Assembly (NCBI GenBank): GCA_965219095.1
Contig: OZ244719.1
Span: forward strand, 224,001 to 288,000
From: Bdellovibrionales bacterium
GTDB taxonomy: Bacteria > Bdellovibrionota > Bdellovibrionia > Bdellovibrionales > UBA1609
DNA length: 64,000 bases
Reading direction: 5' to 3'
In this document: positions 1 through 11,279 of the stretch, piece by piece
Layout of the letters: each line of letters begins with the position of its first letter
Numbering within the stretch: position 1 is the stretch's first letter
Made by a program: the position numbers and the translations under genes
The notes under the pieces: model-generated
What the model was told of the DNA's origin: nothing
What the model saw: the letters and a program-made list of their open reading frames with translations, nothing else
Database searches by the model: none

Positions 1-237
1 AGTCATTAAAAAATGGAAAGGAAATGCAGGAAGTTTTTTCTTAGGTGATTAGAATATTCGTGACTGTATGCAAAAAAAATTTTTTATATTTTTTGTAAAT
101 GGAGAAGTGTTTTTTCTTGACATACTTTTTAATAGACATTTTTATGTTCAAATTTAAAATTGACTTAAGGAAAAGCTTCAGTTAGGAGATTTTAAAAAAA
201 CTTCTTTTGAGGGGAGGTTAAGTTTTCATAAGATATG

Positions 238-779
238 GTAACTGCTCACTCTCGTAAGTTTTTATTTAAAGCCATAGAGATGGCTTCTAAAGAAGAATAC
301 CCTCTATTTCTCATTGTTTTAACATAGCTGGTAATACGACAAAAATATTTCGCCATTTCTTCTGTTCTGAAACACCCTGACACTTTCTTTTTCACCTTAG
401 TCATTCTTAGATTTCTTTCAGCTCTGTTATTAGTAGGATCTACGTTCTTTCTTTTAGCAAAACACAGTATTTCTGCTTCATACTTTTTAAATCGCAGCCA
501 AAGGTTTTGAGCTTGTGTATGCTTTATTCGTCCTTTCTTGCCATTTTTTTTAGGAAATTCTGGAAGCTCTTTTAAGCCTTTTGTAAGAATACTCCTATAC
601 CTTCTCTGAAGAGTTTCGTACTCTTTTTGAGTCAGAACTCTTGACTCTTTTTTATGAACTAACTCCACAGTCTCTTTAAGAAGTTTTTTGAGATTTGTAG
701 CCCATTTGAATCCATTGCTTTCTTCTATAAATTTAAGCTCTCTCAAAAGGTGAGCCACACACAAAGCATGAGTTATCTT
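238..779 (-). mobile_element. IS66-family element A, 3' fragment (transposase C-terminus 246..764 plus right IR)
   Basis: PTNNRAERNLRMTKVKKKVSGCFRT motif; terminal GTAACTGCTCAC at 238; truncated by an IS630-B end at ~781. Confidence 0.85.
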
Positions 780-811
780 ATACCATTTCTAAAAATTAAT
801 TCGACATTCTT

Positions 812-2776
812 TTAACTACTTTTTTTCCTAAAGAATCTTGTAATAATAGTCTCCGTGCCTTCATTCTCTTTTTTTCTGATAGCGTATTTGACAAACTCTA
901 ATTCCTTTTTAGCTTGAACAAAATCAGGTTTTAACTCAATAGCTTTTTCTAGATATGTTTTAGTTTTTTTAAAGTCTTTCATTTGTTTGTAGTAAAGCCC
1001 TTTTATAAAATAGTATTTTTCTAAATTTATGTCTTTTTTCTTAAGAATTTTTAAGCGTCCATCAATTTGATCAAGAATCTTTTGAGAAAGGCGTTCTTTT
1101 AATACGTTTGCCTTTAAAAGATGAGAAAAAATCCACTGCATATTGAGTTCACTGTTTTTAGGAGTTAATTCCAAACCTTTTTCACAGAATTCAATAGATT
1201 TATTCCATTCTTTTTTCCTAATACAAAGAACGCTTTTTTCATAACACCCTTCTGCATACAGCCTCAATTTCCTTTGTTTGCTCTCATAAGCTTTTTCATA
1301 ATCAGCTTTTCTACTAGGATCAGTTAAAGTTTCGTAGGCTTCTTTAACAAGTTGAAATATCCTTTTGTTCAACTCTAGAACTTCTTTCTTTGTATCTATT
1401 GGCAATTTATCTACATGGTTATAATCTACAAACTCTCTATAAAGCTTTTTTAAATCCTCCGGAGAACTCTTAGAAGAAGCTCCAAAGTACTGAAAAATTT
1501 CATAAGGACTTCTGCCTTGGAATTTTTTAAACATCAACTCTAATCTTGGTTTAAAAATGTCTTTTTGCACTCCTCCAACATTCTTTAGAGTACTCTCTGG
1601 GTTTTTTATTTTCTTATCTACAACAAATTCAAGCACTCCCCTTAAAATTAAATAACCTAAATAAAACATAGCCTCTTCTGTTCTATCAGGAAAAGAAGAA
1701 ATAACCTTTGAAATTGACATATCTTTAGCTAAAACCTCTTTCATTTTTTTTGAAAATGGCCACCATAAATCCTCTTCTTCTAAAGAGATATCTTTTTTAA
1801 AAAAAACCTTTGCTGTAGAGAACTGTTTAAAAAACTCAAGCCAATAGTTACCTAGAAAGGACTGAGATACATTCTCTTTAAGAATCTGAGGCCAAAAGTT
1901 TTTTCTAAAAGGAAACTGAGAAGCCTCTGTTTCATGTTCGATCACTTTAAAATAAAACTGACTTTGATTCAAATATATTTTTTTTAAAGAATGATTAAAT
2001 TGAAATTCTCTGATTTTTTCTAAATGCTCTTTTTTCACTTTTTTATGTTTTTCTAAATTAACAATGATTTGTCTTTTATCAAGCACATTCCACTCTTCCT
2101 CAGATAAAATCTTGTTTTTAATGATAAGTTTAGAAAAAACTTCTTCTTGAGATTCAGTGCCTTTCATGTCATAAAGAAGGCCATTTTTAAAATAAATAAA
2201 AGAAGTAATGCTACCATCTTTTTTTGTAACCTTCAAGCAACCTTTTTTCTTTTGATTCAAATACAAACTTAAAATATAAAAAACATGGAAGCCTTTAAGA
2301 TCATCTTTGCCTTGAAAAAAACCCCCTTCTACTATTCCCTCCAAGAAGGTAGGATGAGAGAAAATTTGAGAAATACTTGTTTCTTGTTCTTCTTCTTTCT
2401 CAATATTTGAAAGAAAATTTTTTTTAAACTGTTTAAAAACATTTAATATCATTTCCGAAGTGATAGGTTTTTTAAAAAAAATATCATGAGGAAAAGATTT
2501 TACAAGACCTTCTTTCATAATTCCACTTAATAAGCAAATAAAGATAGCCTCGTTTTGTTTTTTAAGTTGTTTTGCTACCATCATACCGTTCATTTTAGGA
2601 AGAAGACAATCAATATAGCACAAGTGAAAAGGCCTCATGCGCATCCAATTTAAAGCTTTATAAGGATCACCTGAGACATAAACATTAACACCTTCTCTTT
2701 CCAAAGTTTTTTTAATGGCTTCAGCACTTTCTGAATGATCTTCTAAGACTAAAACATTGATTTTCTTTCCATTCAT
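812..2776 (-). CDS. Response regulator receiver - (DUF4388-like) - DnaJ-like - TPR multidomain protein
   Basis: N-terminal REC (VLVLEDH...DCLLPKMNG...KP); J-like region SPYEIF...LKKLYREF...HVDK...FQLVKEAYETLTD; C-terminal TPRs. Start placed at ATG 2776 (ORF track 2818). Confidence 0.75.
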   Translation of the reverse strand: MNGKKINVLVLEDHSESAEAIKKTLEREGVNVYVSGDPYKALNWMRMRPFHLCYIDCLLPKMNGMMVAKQLKKQNEAIFICLLSGIMKEGLVKSFPHDIFFKKPITSEMILNVFKQFKKNFLSNIEKEEEQETSISQIFSHPTFLEGIVEGGFFQGKDDLKGFHVFYILSLYLNQKKKGCLKVTKKDGSITSFIYFKNGLLYDMKGTESQEEVFSKLIIKNKILSEEEWNVLDKRQIIVNLEKHKKVKKEHLEKIREFQFNHSLKKIYLNQSQFYFKVIEHETEASQFPFRKNFWPQILKENVSQSFLGNYWLEFFKQFSTAKVFFKKDISLEEEDLWWPFSKKMKEVLAKDMSISKVISSFPDRTEEAMFYLGYLILRGVLEFVVDKKIKNPESTLKNVGGVQKDIFKPRLELMFKKFQGRSPYEIFQYFGASSKSSPEDLKKLYREFVDYNHVDKLPIDTKKEVLELNKRIFQLVKEAYETLTDPSRKADYEKAYESKQRKLRLYAEGCYEKSVLCIRKKEWNKSIEFCEKGLELTPKNSELNMQWIFSHLLKANVLKERLSQKILDQIDGRLKILKKKDINLEKYYFIKGLYYKQMKDFKKTKTYLEKAIELKPDFVQAKKELEFVKYAIRKKENEGTETIITRFFRKKSS

Positions 2777-2866
2777 ATAACAACTTATCGGACTGAATAG
2801 AAAAAAATTGACTGCCATTGTAAAAAAATCCCCTAACTTTAATCTAGATTTTAAAGTATTTTCTTT

Positions 2867-3319
2867 GTAAGTCGGTTATATGACCGCCCTTGACTTCTAC
2901 TGAGGAGGATATTTCTTAGATTTTAAAGGAGAAGTTTTTATTGATCTTGTTGTAAAACAGCGTTGTAAGACGTTTTCCTAAGGCCTTCCCCGTTACAAAA
3001 GTATTAGAGAAGTTCTTAAAAGAATAATTCTTAGTTTTTTTTCGTAATTTTGATTTTCTTTGTGCTTTATTCTTTAAGAACGAAGCTCACTTGTATACTC
3101 AAAAGGCGTTTTAATAGGTATCTTATCGAGGGAGTTTCCCACAACCATTAAAATATAGTCCTTAGGATCTAATTCCACCTTCTTACAACTTTCCACAATA
3201 CTGTAAAGTACTGATGCTGTTTCAACTCCTCTCTGAGTCCTTGACCCATGAAAGTTCTTTCTTCCCATCACAGAATGCCGAATCGTTCTTTCTGCTTCAT
3301 TGTTGATCATAGGAATTTT
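2867..3319 (-). mobile_element. IS66-family element B, 3' fragment (TnpC C-terminus plus right end)
   Basis: NNEAERTIRHSVMGRKNFHGS motif; terminal GTAAGTCGG at 2867; cut by the IS66-A left end at 3320. Confidence 0.8.
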
Positions 3320-3796
3320 GTAACTGCTCACCTACATTGTTCAGTTATCCCTAACTTTAGACCTGTTTTAAGATAAAAGTCTTGCTCTTACAGATTTTCT
3401 TTTAAATACTCTTTTCAAATGACAATAAATAAGACCTCCATCAGAAATGAGATTGAAAATATAAGAAGTGACTTTGATAAGCTTGCAAAGAAAGGTTCTG
3501 TGCCTACTGAGATTTCTGTGGTTTTTGAATCTCTCTTTAAGGTTGTGAACATTCTGATTGTTGTGCTTTTAGAAAAACAGGTTCGAAAAAATTCCAGCAA
3601 CAGCGGTCTTCCTCCTTCGCAAGATTTTAGTCGTCAAGGGAATCGTAATAAGAAAGCTAGTGGGAGTCAAAAAAAGGGCTCTAGACTTGATAACAGTAAA
3701 GATACAAACAGTGAGGAGACTGTCTCTCCCTCAGAGTGTTCTCAGTGTGGGATGTGTTTAAAGACAGCAGAGGTAAAAAGCCTTGAGAAGCGTAAG
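3320..3796 (+). mobile_element. IS66-family element A, 5' fragment (left IR plus transposase N-terminus 3419..3799)
   Basis: GTAACTGCTCAC IR identical to that at 238; KNSSNSGLPPSQD motif and CxxC; interrupted by IS3. Confidence 0.8.
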
Positions 3797-3825
3797 TGAT
3801 CTTCCCCCAAAAAAGTGGACAGTTT

Positions 3826-4692
3826 TTATGTTCTTAAAGCCCTCCTTTGTTTAAATTCTTTTGGGCTCATGTATTTCAAGGAAGAATGCATTCTTACCTT
3901 GTTATACCAATCCATGTAAATTGCAATTTTTTTTTCCAACTCTTCCTTTGTTGTACAGTCTTTGTATTCCAGTTCATCCTTCAACGTATGGAAAAAGCTC
4001 TCCACAAACGCATTATCATAACAATTTCCTTTCCTAGACATAGATTGCTTGAGGCCAAAGAATTTCAATTCTTTTCTAAACCCTTCACAACAATATTGAA
4101 CCCCTTGATCCGAGTGGATTATCAAGCCCTCTAAGTTCCCAGAAACAGATTGGACTGCGGCTCTCAGAGCCTGTTTTGAATGAACCCCGTCCAAGCTCTC
4201 ACAGAGCTTCCAAGACTTAATCTCTCGATTATAGACATCTAAAAATACAACCAAATACAGAAATTTATCTCTAAAAGGAATATAGGTTAAATCCGAACAC
4301 CATACCTGGTTTTCTTTTCCTGCTTGGCTCTGTCCTGTCTTAAACAACCGAGGAGACTTAATCATGAGAGGGTTATTCTTTGTTGTTCTAGGAACATAGG
4401 GTTTTTTCTGACGGGCACTGAGATTCTTTAGTTTCATAATTCGAGCTACTTTGTTTTCTCCAGCACTCACTCCGCAACGCTTTAATTCCCTATACACCCT
4501 GGGGGAACCATAACAGCCTTTATTTTTTTTAAAAATAGATTCTATGTTTTTCTCCAGATTTTTATCCTTTTCAAGCTTTCCCCTGGTTTTTAAAAAACTA
4601 TAAAAACCAGAACGAGATCCTCTTAATAATTCGCAAATGCGAAGCACTGGATGCCCTTTCTCTTTTACATAAAACATAGCCTTAAATCTCAT
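3826..4692 (-). CDS. IS3 transposase OrfB (DDE integrase core)
   Basis: WCSDLTY, HSDQGVQY, GNCYDNAFVESFF motifs. Confidence 0.93.
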   Translation of the reverse strand: MRFKAMFYVKEKGHPVLRICELLRGSRSGFYSFLKTRGKLEKDKNLEKNIESIFKKNKGCYGSPRVYRELKRCGVSAGENKVARIMKLKNLSARQKKPYVPRTTKNNPLMIKSPRLFKTGQSQAGKENQVWCSDLTYIPFRDKFLYLVVFLDVYNREIKSWKLCESLDGVHSKQALRAAVQSVSGNLEGLIIHSDQGVQYCCEGFRKELKFFGLKQSMSRKGNCYDNAFVESFFHTLKDELEYKDCTTKEELEKKIAIYMDWYNKVRMHSSLKYMSPKEFKQRRALRT

Positions 4693-4994
4693 TTCAGGAT
4701 TTCCTTTGAAAAAAAAGCCGCTGCCTCTTTCAATATACCTACACTCCGCCTCTCATAGACCAGCTCCTTTTTTAACCTCTTTATTTCCTCCAATGCCGAA
4801 GCCAAGTCATGGGAAGCTTGTCTTTCTACTTCAGGCTTTAGAAAACGCTTCCAAGAGCTTATCACTTGGAAATTTCTCAGTCCTAGCTTCTCTGAGGCTT
4901 CCTTTGCACCTATTTCCTCTGCCAATTCAATGGCTTGCTTTTTAAACTCTTCCGAGTACTGTTTTACTTTTTCCATTCTTTCTTTTACCTCCAT
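4689..4994 (-). CDS. IS3 transposase OrfA (HTH)
   Basis: YSEEFKKQAI, EEIKRLKKEL...ILKEAAAFF. Confidence 0.9.
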   Translation of the reverse strand: MEVKERMEKVKQYSEEFKKQAIELAEEIGAKEASEKLGLRNFQVISSWKRFLKPEVERQASHDLASALEEIKRLKKELVYERRSVGILKEAAAFFSKEILK

Positions 4995-5047
4995 TTTATG
5001 GAGACTTTAAGAGAAAATTGACTGTCCGCAGAAACAGGGGAAGTTCA

Positions 5048-5771
5048 AGAAGTCTGCAGAGGAAGGCTTGGTTTTCACAGAGGAGCAGTTACAAGCCCTA
5101 GAGAAGAAGAAACAAGAGGATTTAGAGTGCGGAGAGGTAGAGACAGCTCATCCTGGTTATTTAGGCTCACAGGACACTTTTTATGTGGGAACTATGAAAG
5201 GTGTAGGACGTCTTTATCAACAAACCTTTGTGGACACTTACTCAAAAATTGCTTTCTGTAAGCTCTATAAAACGAAAACACCTATTACAGCAGCTGACCT
5301 TCTCAATGATAGAGTGTTTCCTTTTTTTGAAGACCATGATGTGCCCCTGCTTCGTATGTTAACAGATAGGGGTACAGAGTTCTGTGGAGTTCAAGATCGT
5401 CACGATTATGAGCTTTATTTGGCTATCAATGATATAGAGCACACAAAAACAAAGGCAAGACATCCTCAAACCAATGGCATCTGTGAAAGATTTCATAGAA
5501 CAATTTTAGAGGAGTTTTATCAAGTGGAGTTTAGAAAAAAAGTGTACAAAAGCATAGAAGAGTTGCAGTCTGACCTTGACTTGTGGCTTGTGAAATATAA
5601 TGAAAGGAGAACTCATCAGGGAAAAATGTGTTGTGGTCGAACACCTATGGAAACTTTCCTTGACGGAAAACAAAAAGTAAGGCAAAAGATGATTGAACAG
5701 AACGCAAACTGACAGACAGTTTTTTATCAACCCAGAAAGGGTAACTGTCAGATCATATAACGTCTATTACA
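5048..5771 (+). mobile_element. IS481-family element, 3' part (transposase C-terminus 5068..5712 plus right IR)
   Basis: HPGYLGSQDTFYVG, LTDRGTEFCG, PQTNGICERFHRT; ends CTGTCAGATCATATAACGTCTATTACA. Confidence 0.9.
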
Positions 5772-8687
5772 TCTGAGAACACCTTGTCTTTGTTTAACCA
5801 TGAGGTGGATGTTTTGCTTTATGATGTGACGACCTTGTATTTTGAGAGCTTCACAGAGGATGAGGTTCGCAGGTTTGGTTTTAGTAAAGATTGTAAATTT
5901 AAAGAGACACAGGTTGTTTTGGCACTTATGACAAACTCACAAGGGCATCCTATAAGCTATGAACTTTTTCCGGGCAATACAAGTGAGGGGGCTACACTGG
6001 TAGAGTCTATAAATAAGCTAAAGACTCGTTTTAATGTAAGAAGAGCTGTTTTAGTAGCTGATAGAGCTATGTTTGTAAGAAAGAATTTAGAGACTATGGA
6101 TAAGATGGGGATAGAGTCCTAAAATCCCGTTGAGTTATAACTAGGTTTGAGCTTTTTCAACAATTTAAACGCCGAAAAAATTTCTTTTTGACGTTTTGAT
6201 ACTTCGGCTAAAATGATCTTATCATTTGCAAGATGGTAAACTTTAAGTTGATCAAGTGTTCTAAATAACTCCTTTTTAGTAACTTTTTTGTACAACTTTT
6301 CCTGATTCATAATCTTATCAATATGAGAAATTAAAATCAAAGCTAAAAAGTTTATAAAAACACTTCCCTTCATTGAAGTGGATGATTTTACCCTACTCCT
6401 TTTTTCAAGAATATCGTGCTTAAAAGATCTAAATAATCTTTCTATCCCATCTCTACTACGATAAAGCGATAACACATCCTTCCGATCTAAACCCCTTTCA
6501 TTTGTAATAAAAATAAACTTTCCCATTTGCATAACTGCCTCTTTGAGGAAAACTTCATCTCTTTCTATAGTAACCCTTTTGTTTCTCTTCTTTACTTTAA
6601 AGAATCTTCTCTTTGACTTCATTGTTTCTTTAATATATTCTTCGGCACTTATTTCATCTTTAAAACCCTTCTCTGAAAAAATTGATTCCAAATATGACAT
6701 TTTTCTTATCAACAAACTCTCCTCCCTTGCTCTTCTTTCTTTATCTAAAAAAATATGTGCTACACACATAACTCCATTTATTTCTACCTTAGTCCTTACA
6801 TGAGAGTAAACATTTTCATTGTATAAAAAAGAGCAAATAGGTTTGCTGATTTCTTCATCAAAATCATAAACTAATTGTTTTGCTTTTCGTGTTGTAAAGA
6901 CCAGTGGTAGGAGGAATTTTAGCTCTTTGTTATTCATTTCTCGTATATTTTCCTTACTATAAAAACCTCTATCCATAACAAAATAATTAACATTAAGTTT
7001 ATAGTACTTAATCAGTTTAATTATGTTTTTTAAAGTTACTACATCCGATATACTTCCAGGATATATTCTATAAGCTAAAGGTAGTTGAATAGAGTTTTTC
7101 CCACGTCTACTGATAATCCCTAAATTTGTTTGACCGAGATTCTCCTTGTCACGGTTATAGCCACGTTCAACTAGTTCGTTATTTTTAGAATAAGAAGAAA
7201 TGGATGAAATATCAAACATAACTGAATATTTATTGTCCTGCTCATTAATCCAATTGCTAAAAAACACTTCAATTTGCTTTTCATTTTTTCCAATATCCAA
7301 GAGCATCTCACTTATTCTCTGGGAATCAAGCCCAATATTGGAAAAAGTATAGGTTTCCTCTTCCCATAGCGTGTATAAATAGTAAGGATCAGCTTGGATC
7401 ACTTTGTAAAATACAACAGAAAGGTATTTTTTGTAATCGTATGGAAAAACTTTTTTTAGAACTTTTGTTAAATTAATTTGATCAGATAGATTTTTAAGTA
7501 GAAAAAAACTGCCAAATTTATAGGAACCTTTAGGAACAATAGAGTTTTTAGAAGTTAAAACAATTTTGCCTGTTTTTTCATCCTTGCGTCCAAGATAAGT
7601 TCTTTTTTGTCTTGCTTGTTGCTTGGATTTATCCCAAAAGCTCTTGACTTCATAAACGTAAATTTTTCCTTTAATTTTTTGCTCGACTCTGTAACTCATA
7701 GTTATAATTATAACCATGGAAAAAGAGATTGCAAGAAAAAAATTTAAAAAAATCACCGTATTTTTAAGCACTTATAAGATTTTGTCAAAATCCTAGTTAT
7801 AACTTAACGGGATTTTAGGATAGAGTATGTTGTGGCTTCAAAGTTAAAATCCCTTTCTAGCAAGAAAAAAGAAGAGGTTTTAAGTTATAAAAACTATAAG
7901 CCCACCCAAGTGGCTTGTGATACATCTCATCTTTTTTGGGTGAAAGAGCTAGAGCATGAAGGAAAAAGATTGATAGTCAGTTATTCAAACAAAAGAGCCA
8001 AAAGAGATCAAAATCAAAGAGAGCGTTTGATCAATCGTTTGATGAAGAAAGTAAGAAACAAGGAGATTCCTGTGAGTCAGTTGATCTCCAATCATGGGAC
8101 CAAACGTTTTATTAAAGTTGACAATGTGAAAGTGAGCATAGATGAGGAGAAAATAGAAAAAGAAGCTTTGTGGGACGGTCTTCACGGAATTATAACAAAT
8201 GTTCAAAACAAGACAGCCAGTGAGCTTTTAAGTCGTTACAGAGATCTTTGGAGAATAGAAGAGGCTTTTAGAGTGAATAAGACGACGTTAAAGATGAGGC
8301 CTGTTTATCATTGGAAAAAAAGAAGAATAGAAACTCACATTGCCATTTGTTTTTTAGCCTATGCGATCTCTTACACAATGGTTTATAAACTCAAACAAGC
8401 AGGACTTAATTTAAGCTTTGAAAGAATGAGAAAGATCTTAAAAAGAGATCAGTACAGTATTTTAAAAGAAAAAAAGACGAAAAAACTTTATCGCCTTCCC
8501 TCAGGTTGTACAAAGGAAGTAGAAGAAATTTATAGTGCTTTTTCGCTTAAAAGAAACTCTTTTATGAGCCTCTTTTCCACAACATCTGCTGAATCTGCTG
8601 ACCTTTAAAAAACCCTTTCCTGTGGCCCCAAAAATTGTAACTATTTGAAATTATTCACTTGTTGCAGTGTGTTGTGTCGAAGTCAGG
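5772..8687 (+). mobile_element. IS1634-family element (5'-truncated; ORF pieces 5784..6117 and 7827..8608), interrupted by a second IS1634-like element
   Basis: YDVTTLYFE, VADRAM, LWRIEEAFR motifs; removing 6118..7819 plus one TSD restores ...DKMGIEYVVA...; right end GTCGAAGTCAGG. Confidence 0.88.
6118..7819 (-). mobile_element. IS1634/IS4-like element, intact, with transposase 6119..~7771
   Basis: 28-bp IRs CCTAAAATCCCGTT(G/A)AGTTATAACTAGG; ATAGAGT duplicated at 6111-6117 and 7820-7826; FDISSISSYS, MDRGFYS, YRSRDGIERLF motifs. Confidence 0.9.
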
Positions 8688-8776
8688 ACAAAACAGCTAA
8701 AATTTCAGGTTTTGAAAGTAGCTTTTTAAAGCTCTTTGAAGCCGATTTTTTGACCTGTAGCCTCATTTGTATTCTA

Positions 8777-8846
8777 TAGTGAATACGCTTAGATTTTCCG
8801 GTCGATTCTTTAGAGAAAAAACATGAAAACCTAAACGGAAGCACTA
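8777..8846. mobile_element. 70-bp ends-only IS630-A-type mini-element
   Basis: TAGTG...CACTA ends resembling those of 32961..34099; TA on both flanks. Confidence 0.7.
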
Positions 8847-9658
8847 TATACCTAAAAGCTCCCCCCTTTTCTTTTATGGAGCGGTTTTTTTAACTTCAAG
8901 GGGTTTTGCATGGGTGTTTTTTTTCTTATTTCTTCGAACAAATAGAGCTTATCTTGACCGGACATGGAAAATTCCCCCCTCACTATAGGGAAGGTGCTAA
9001 CCCCTATGGGGGTTAAATTCCTTCTAAGTGATTAAATTTCTTTGTTTTTTTGTTTTTTAGCTTCTGAACTGGAAATGTTTAATTTTTTAGAAATCTTTCG
9101 TTCTGTCAAGCCTTTATAGAGACCATTTGAATCACACTTTTTTTTACTTGAAAGTAACTGAGAGTAGATTTTTTTAAGAAGCTGACTTAAAAAACTCATC
9201 TTTTAAAGCTGCTTTTGGATTTTCTTTTTGGCACTTCTTAAACCTCACATCGATACAATCCTGATTAGAAAGTGTTTCATCTCTTAAGCTCAAATAGGTG
9301 ATCTTCTGTTATAAGAGAAAGGGCTTTTTTGAAAATATCTTTGGCTTTGATTTTTCTACTATAAGGGATTTTACTAAGAACTCTTTTAATTTAAAAAAGC
9401 TCCATTTAACTTCTCAAATTAGAGCCCCCTCTTTACGATCGGTCAGAAAGCTTATGGAGGCTTTAGTACAAGGTAAGCTAGAGGGTGAGAGTCAATTGAT
9501 TTAATGTGCCTAACTTTTAGCCTAAGAAAGAAAATAAAAGTAGCTAAGAAGGTAGGAAGTAACAACTTAAAACATGGAAGAAGATAGAGTTTTTACTTAG
9601 CGATCGGAAAAAGACAGTAGAAGTTAGAAGCAAAAAACTTTCCAACAATTTGTTAACT

Positions 9659-11224
9659 TAGTCGAACGTGAAAAATGCACAAACAGCTAAAAACACTTGT
9701 TTTTTTGTAATTTTTGCATAAAAATAATTGCAAGGAAGTGGAAAAACAGATAAAAAACCTTGCAAAACAGAAAGGAAAAAAGATGAGGCCAAAAGACATG
9801 TTCAGCACACAAAAGAGAAGCCCTCTTAATTTTAGAGTAAACGACATTGTTCATAAGAAGCATCCGCTTGTCATTTTAGCTAATAAAATAGACTGGGATC
9901 GTTTTGATAAAGATTTTGGTTCGAAGTATGATGAAAAAAAAGGTCGTCCAGGTCTTTCAACTCGTTTAATGGTGGGACTTCAGTGCTTGAAATACATTTA
10001 TAATTTAAGTGACGAGAAGACAATAGAAATGTTCAAAGAGAGTCCTCAATGGCAGTATTTTTGTGGTCAGCCTTTTTATTCTTATGAAGATCCCTGTGAT
10101 AGAAGTTCATTGACTAACTGGAGAAAGAGGATGGGGGCTGAGAAGATAGAAGTTCTCTTAGAGGAAACCATTGATTTAGCTTTGAGAGAGGGTTTTGTAA
10201 AAAAAAAAGAGTTTGAAAATGTAGTTGTTGATACAACTGTTCAAGAGAAAGCAATAGCTTTTCCTACAGACAGCCGTCTTTATTACAAAGCTTTAAAGAC
10301 TTTAGTTCACAGGGCTAAAAAAGAGGGTTTAGTTTTACGTCAAAGCTATAAAAGAAAGGCCAAGGAGTGTTTGTTTAAGAATGCTCGTTATGCTCATACA
10401 AGAAAAATACGTTTAGCAAGAAAACAGCAAAGAAAGCTTCATACTTATCTAGGTCGTGTGATAAGAGATGTTACAAGAAAAGGAGGTCCTAAGTTCTTGG
10501 AAGAGAATACATCTTTAAAAAGATGTTTATCTTTATGTGTAAGAATTTATAACCAAAAAAGAGGGGATAAGAACAAGGTGTATAGTGTTCATGCTCCTGA
10601 GGTTTATTGCATAGGGAAGGGCAAAGCCCATAAAAAATATGAATTTGGCAATAAGGTGAGTGTGACAACTTCATCAAAAAATTGCTTGGTTTTAGGGGTA
10701 AAGTCATTTGAAAAAAATGTATCAGATGTTCACAGTTTAAAGCCAGCCTTATCTCAAGTTGAATCCTTAACAAAGGTTAAGGCAAAAAATTTGTATGTAG
10801 ATAAAGGTTATCGTGGCAAAGAGCATCATCCTTCGGGAGTTAATGTTCATATTGGGGGAATGAGTAAAACATTAAGTCCCTACAAAAGAAAACTTCACAG
10901 AAGAAGAAGTTCAGTTGAGGCAATCATTGGTCATATGAAAATAGATTCTCGTATGGGAAGGAACTTTTTATTAGGATCACAAGGGGATGCTATTAATAGT
11001 CTTTTATCAGGAGTTTCTCAAAATTTTAGAAAGTTAATGCTAGAGGTGCGTCTTTTTTCGTTTTTTTCACTGAAATGGCTTAAAAGGCCTGTACGCCTTC
11101 TTGAAAACTACTGTTTTGTTTAAGTTATGAAAAAATATTTAACCCTCTATAGTAGAAAGTAACAGGAATAAAGATCATACAGCATAAAAATCCTAGGCTT
11201 TTGTCAATTTTTCACGTTCGACTA
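9659..11224 (+). mobile_element. IS5-family element, intact, with transposase 9714..11123
   Basis: IRs TAGTCGAACGTGAAAAAT / TTTTTCACGTTCGACTA; TAACTTA on both sides (overlapping the terminal TA); VVDTTVQEK, GKAHKKYEFG, VDKGYRG, RSSVEAIIGHMK motifs. Confidence 0.92.
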
Positions 11225-11279
11225 ACTTAAGCCTTTTGGAGATATCTTCCGTAACCTTATGCTATAAAAGAATGTCGAA

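Larger units (their letters stand above)
3797..5047 (-). mobile_element. IS3-family element, apparently complete
   Basis: TG...CA termini with IRs TGATCTTCCCC / GGGGAAGTTCA; orfA and orfB overlap at ATGA; T8 run near the end of orfA; the two flanks belong to different ISs (no TSD). Confidence 0.93.

Noticed and set aside
8690..9560. Short ORFs (9298..9504; minus-strand MSGQDKLY... and MSFLSQLL...)
   Set aside because: Probably decayed gene or transposase remnants, but I could not assign a family with confidence.
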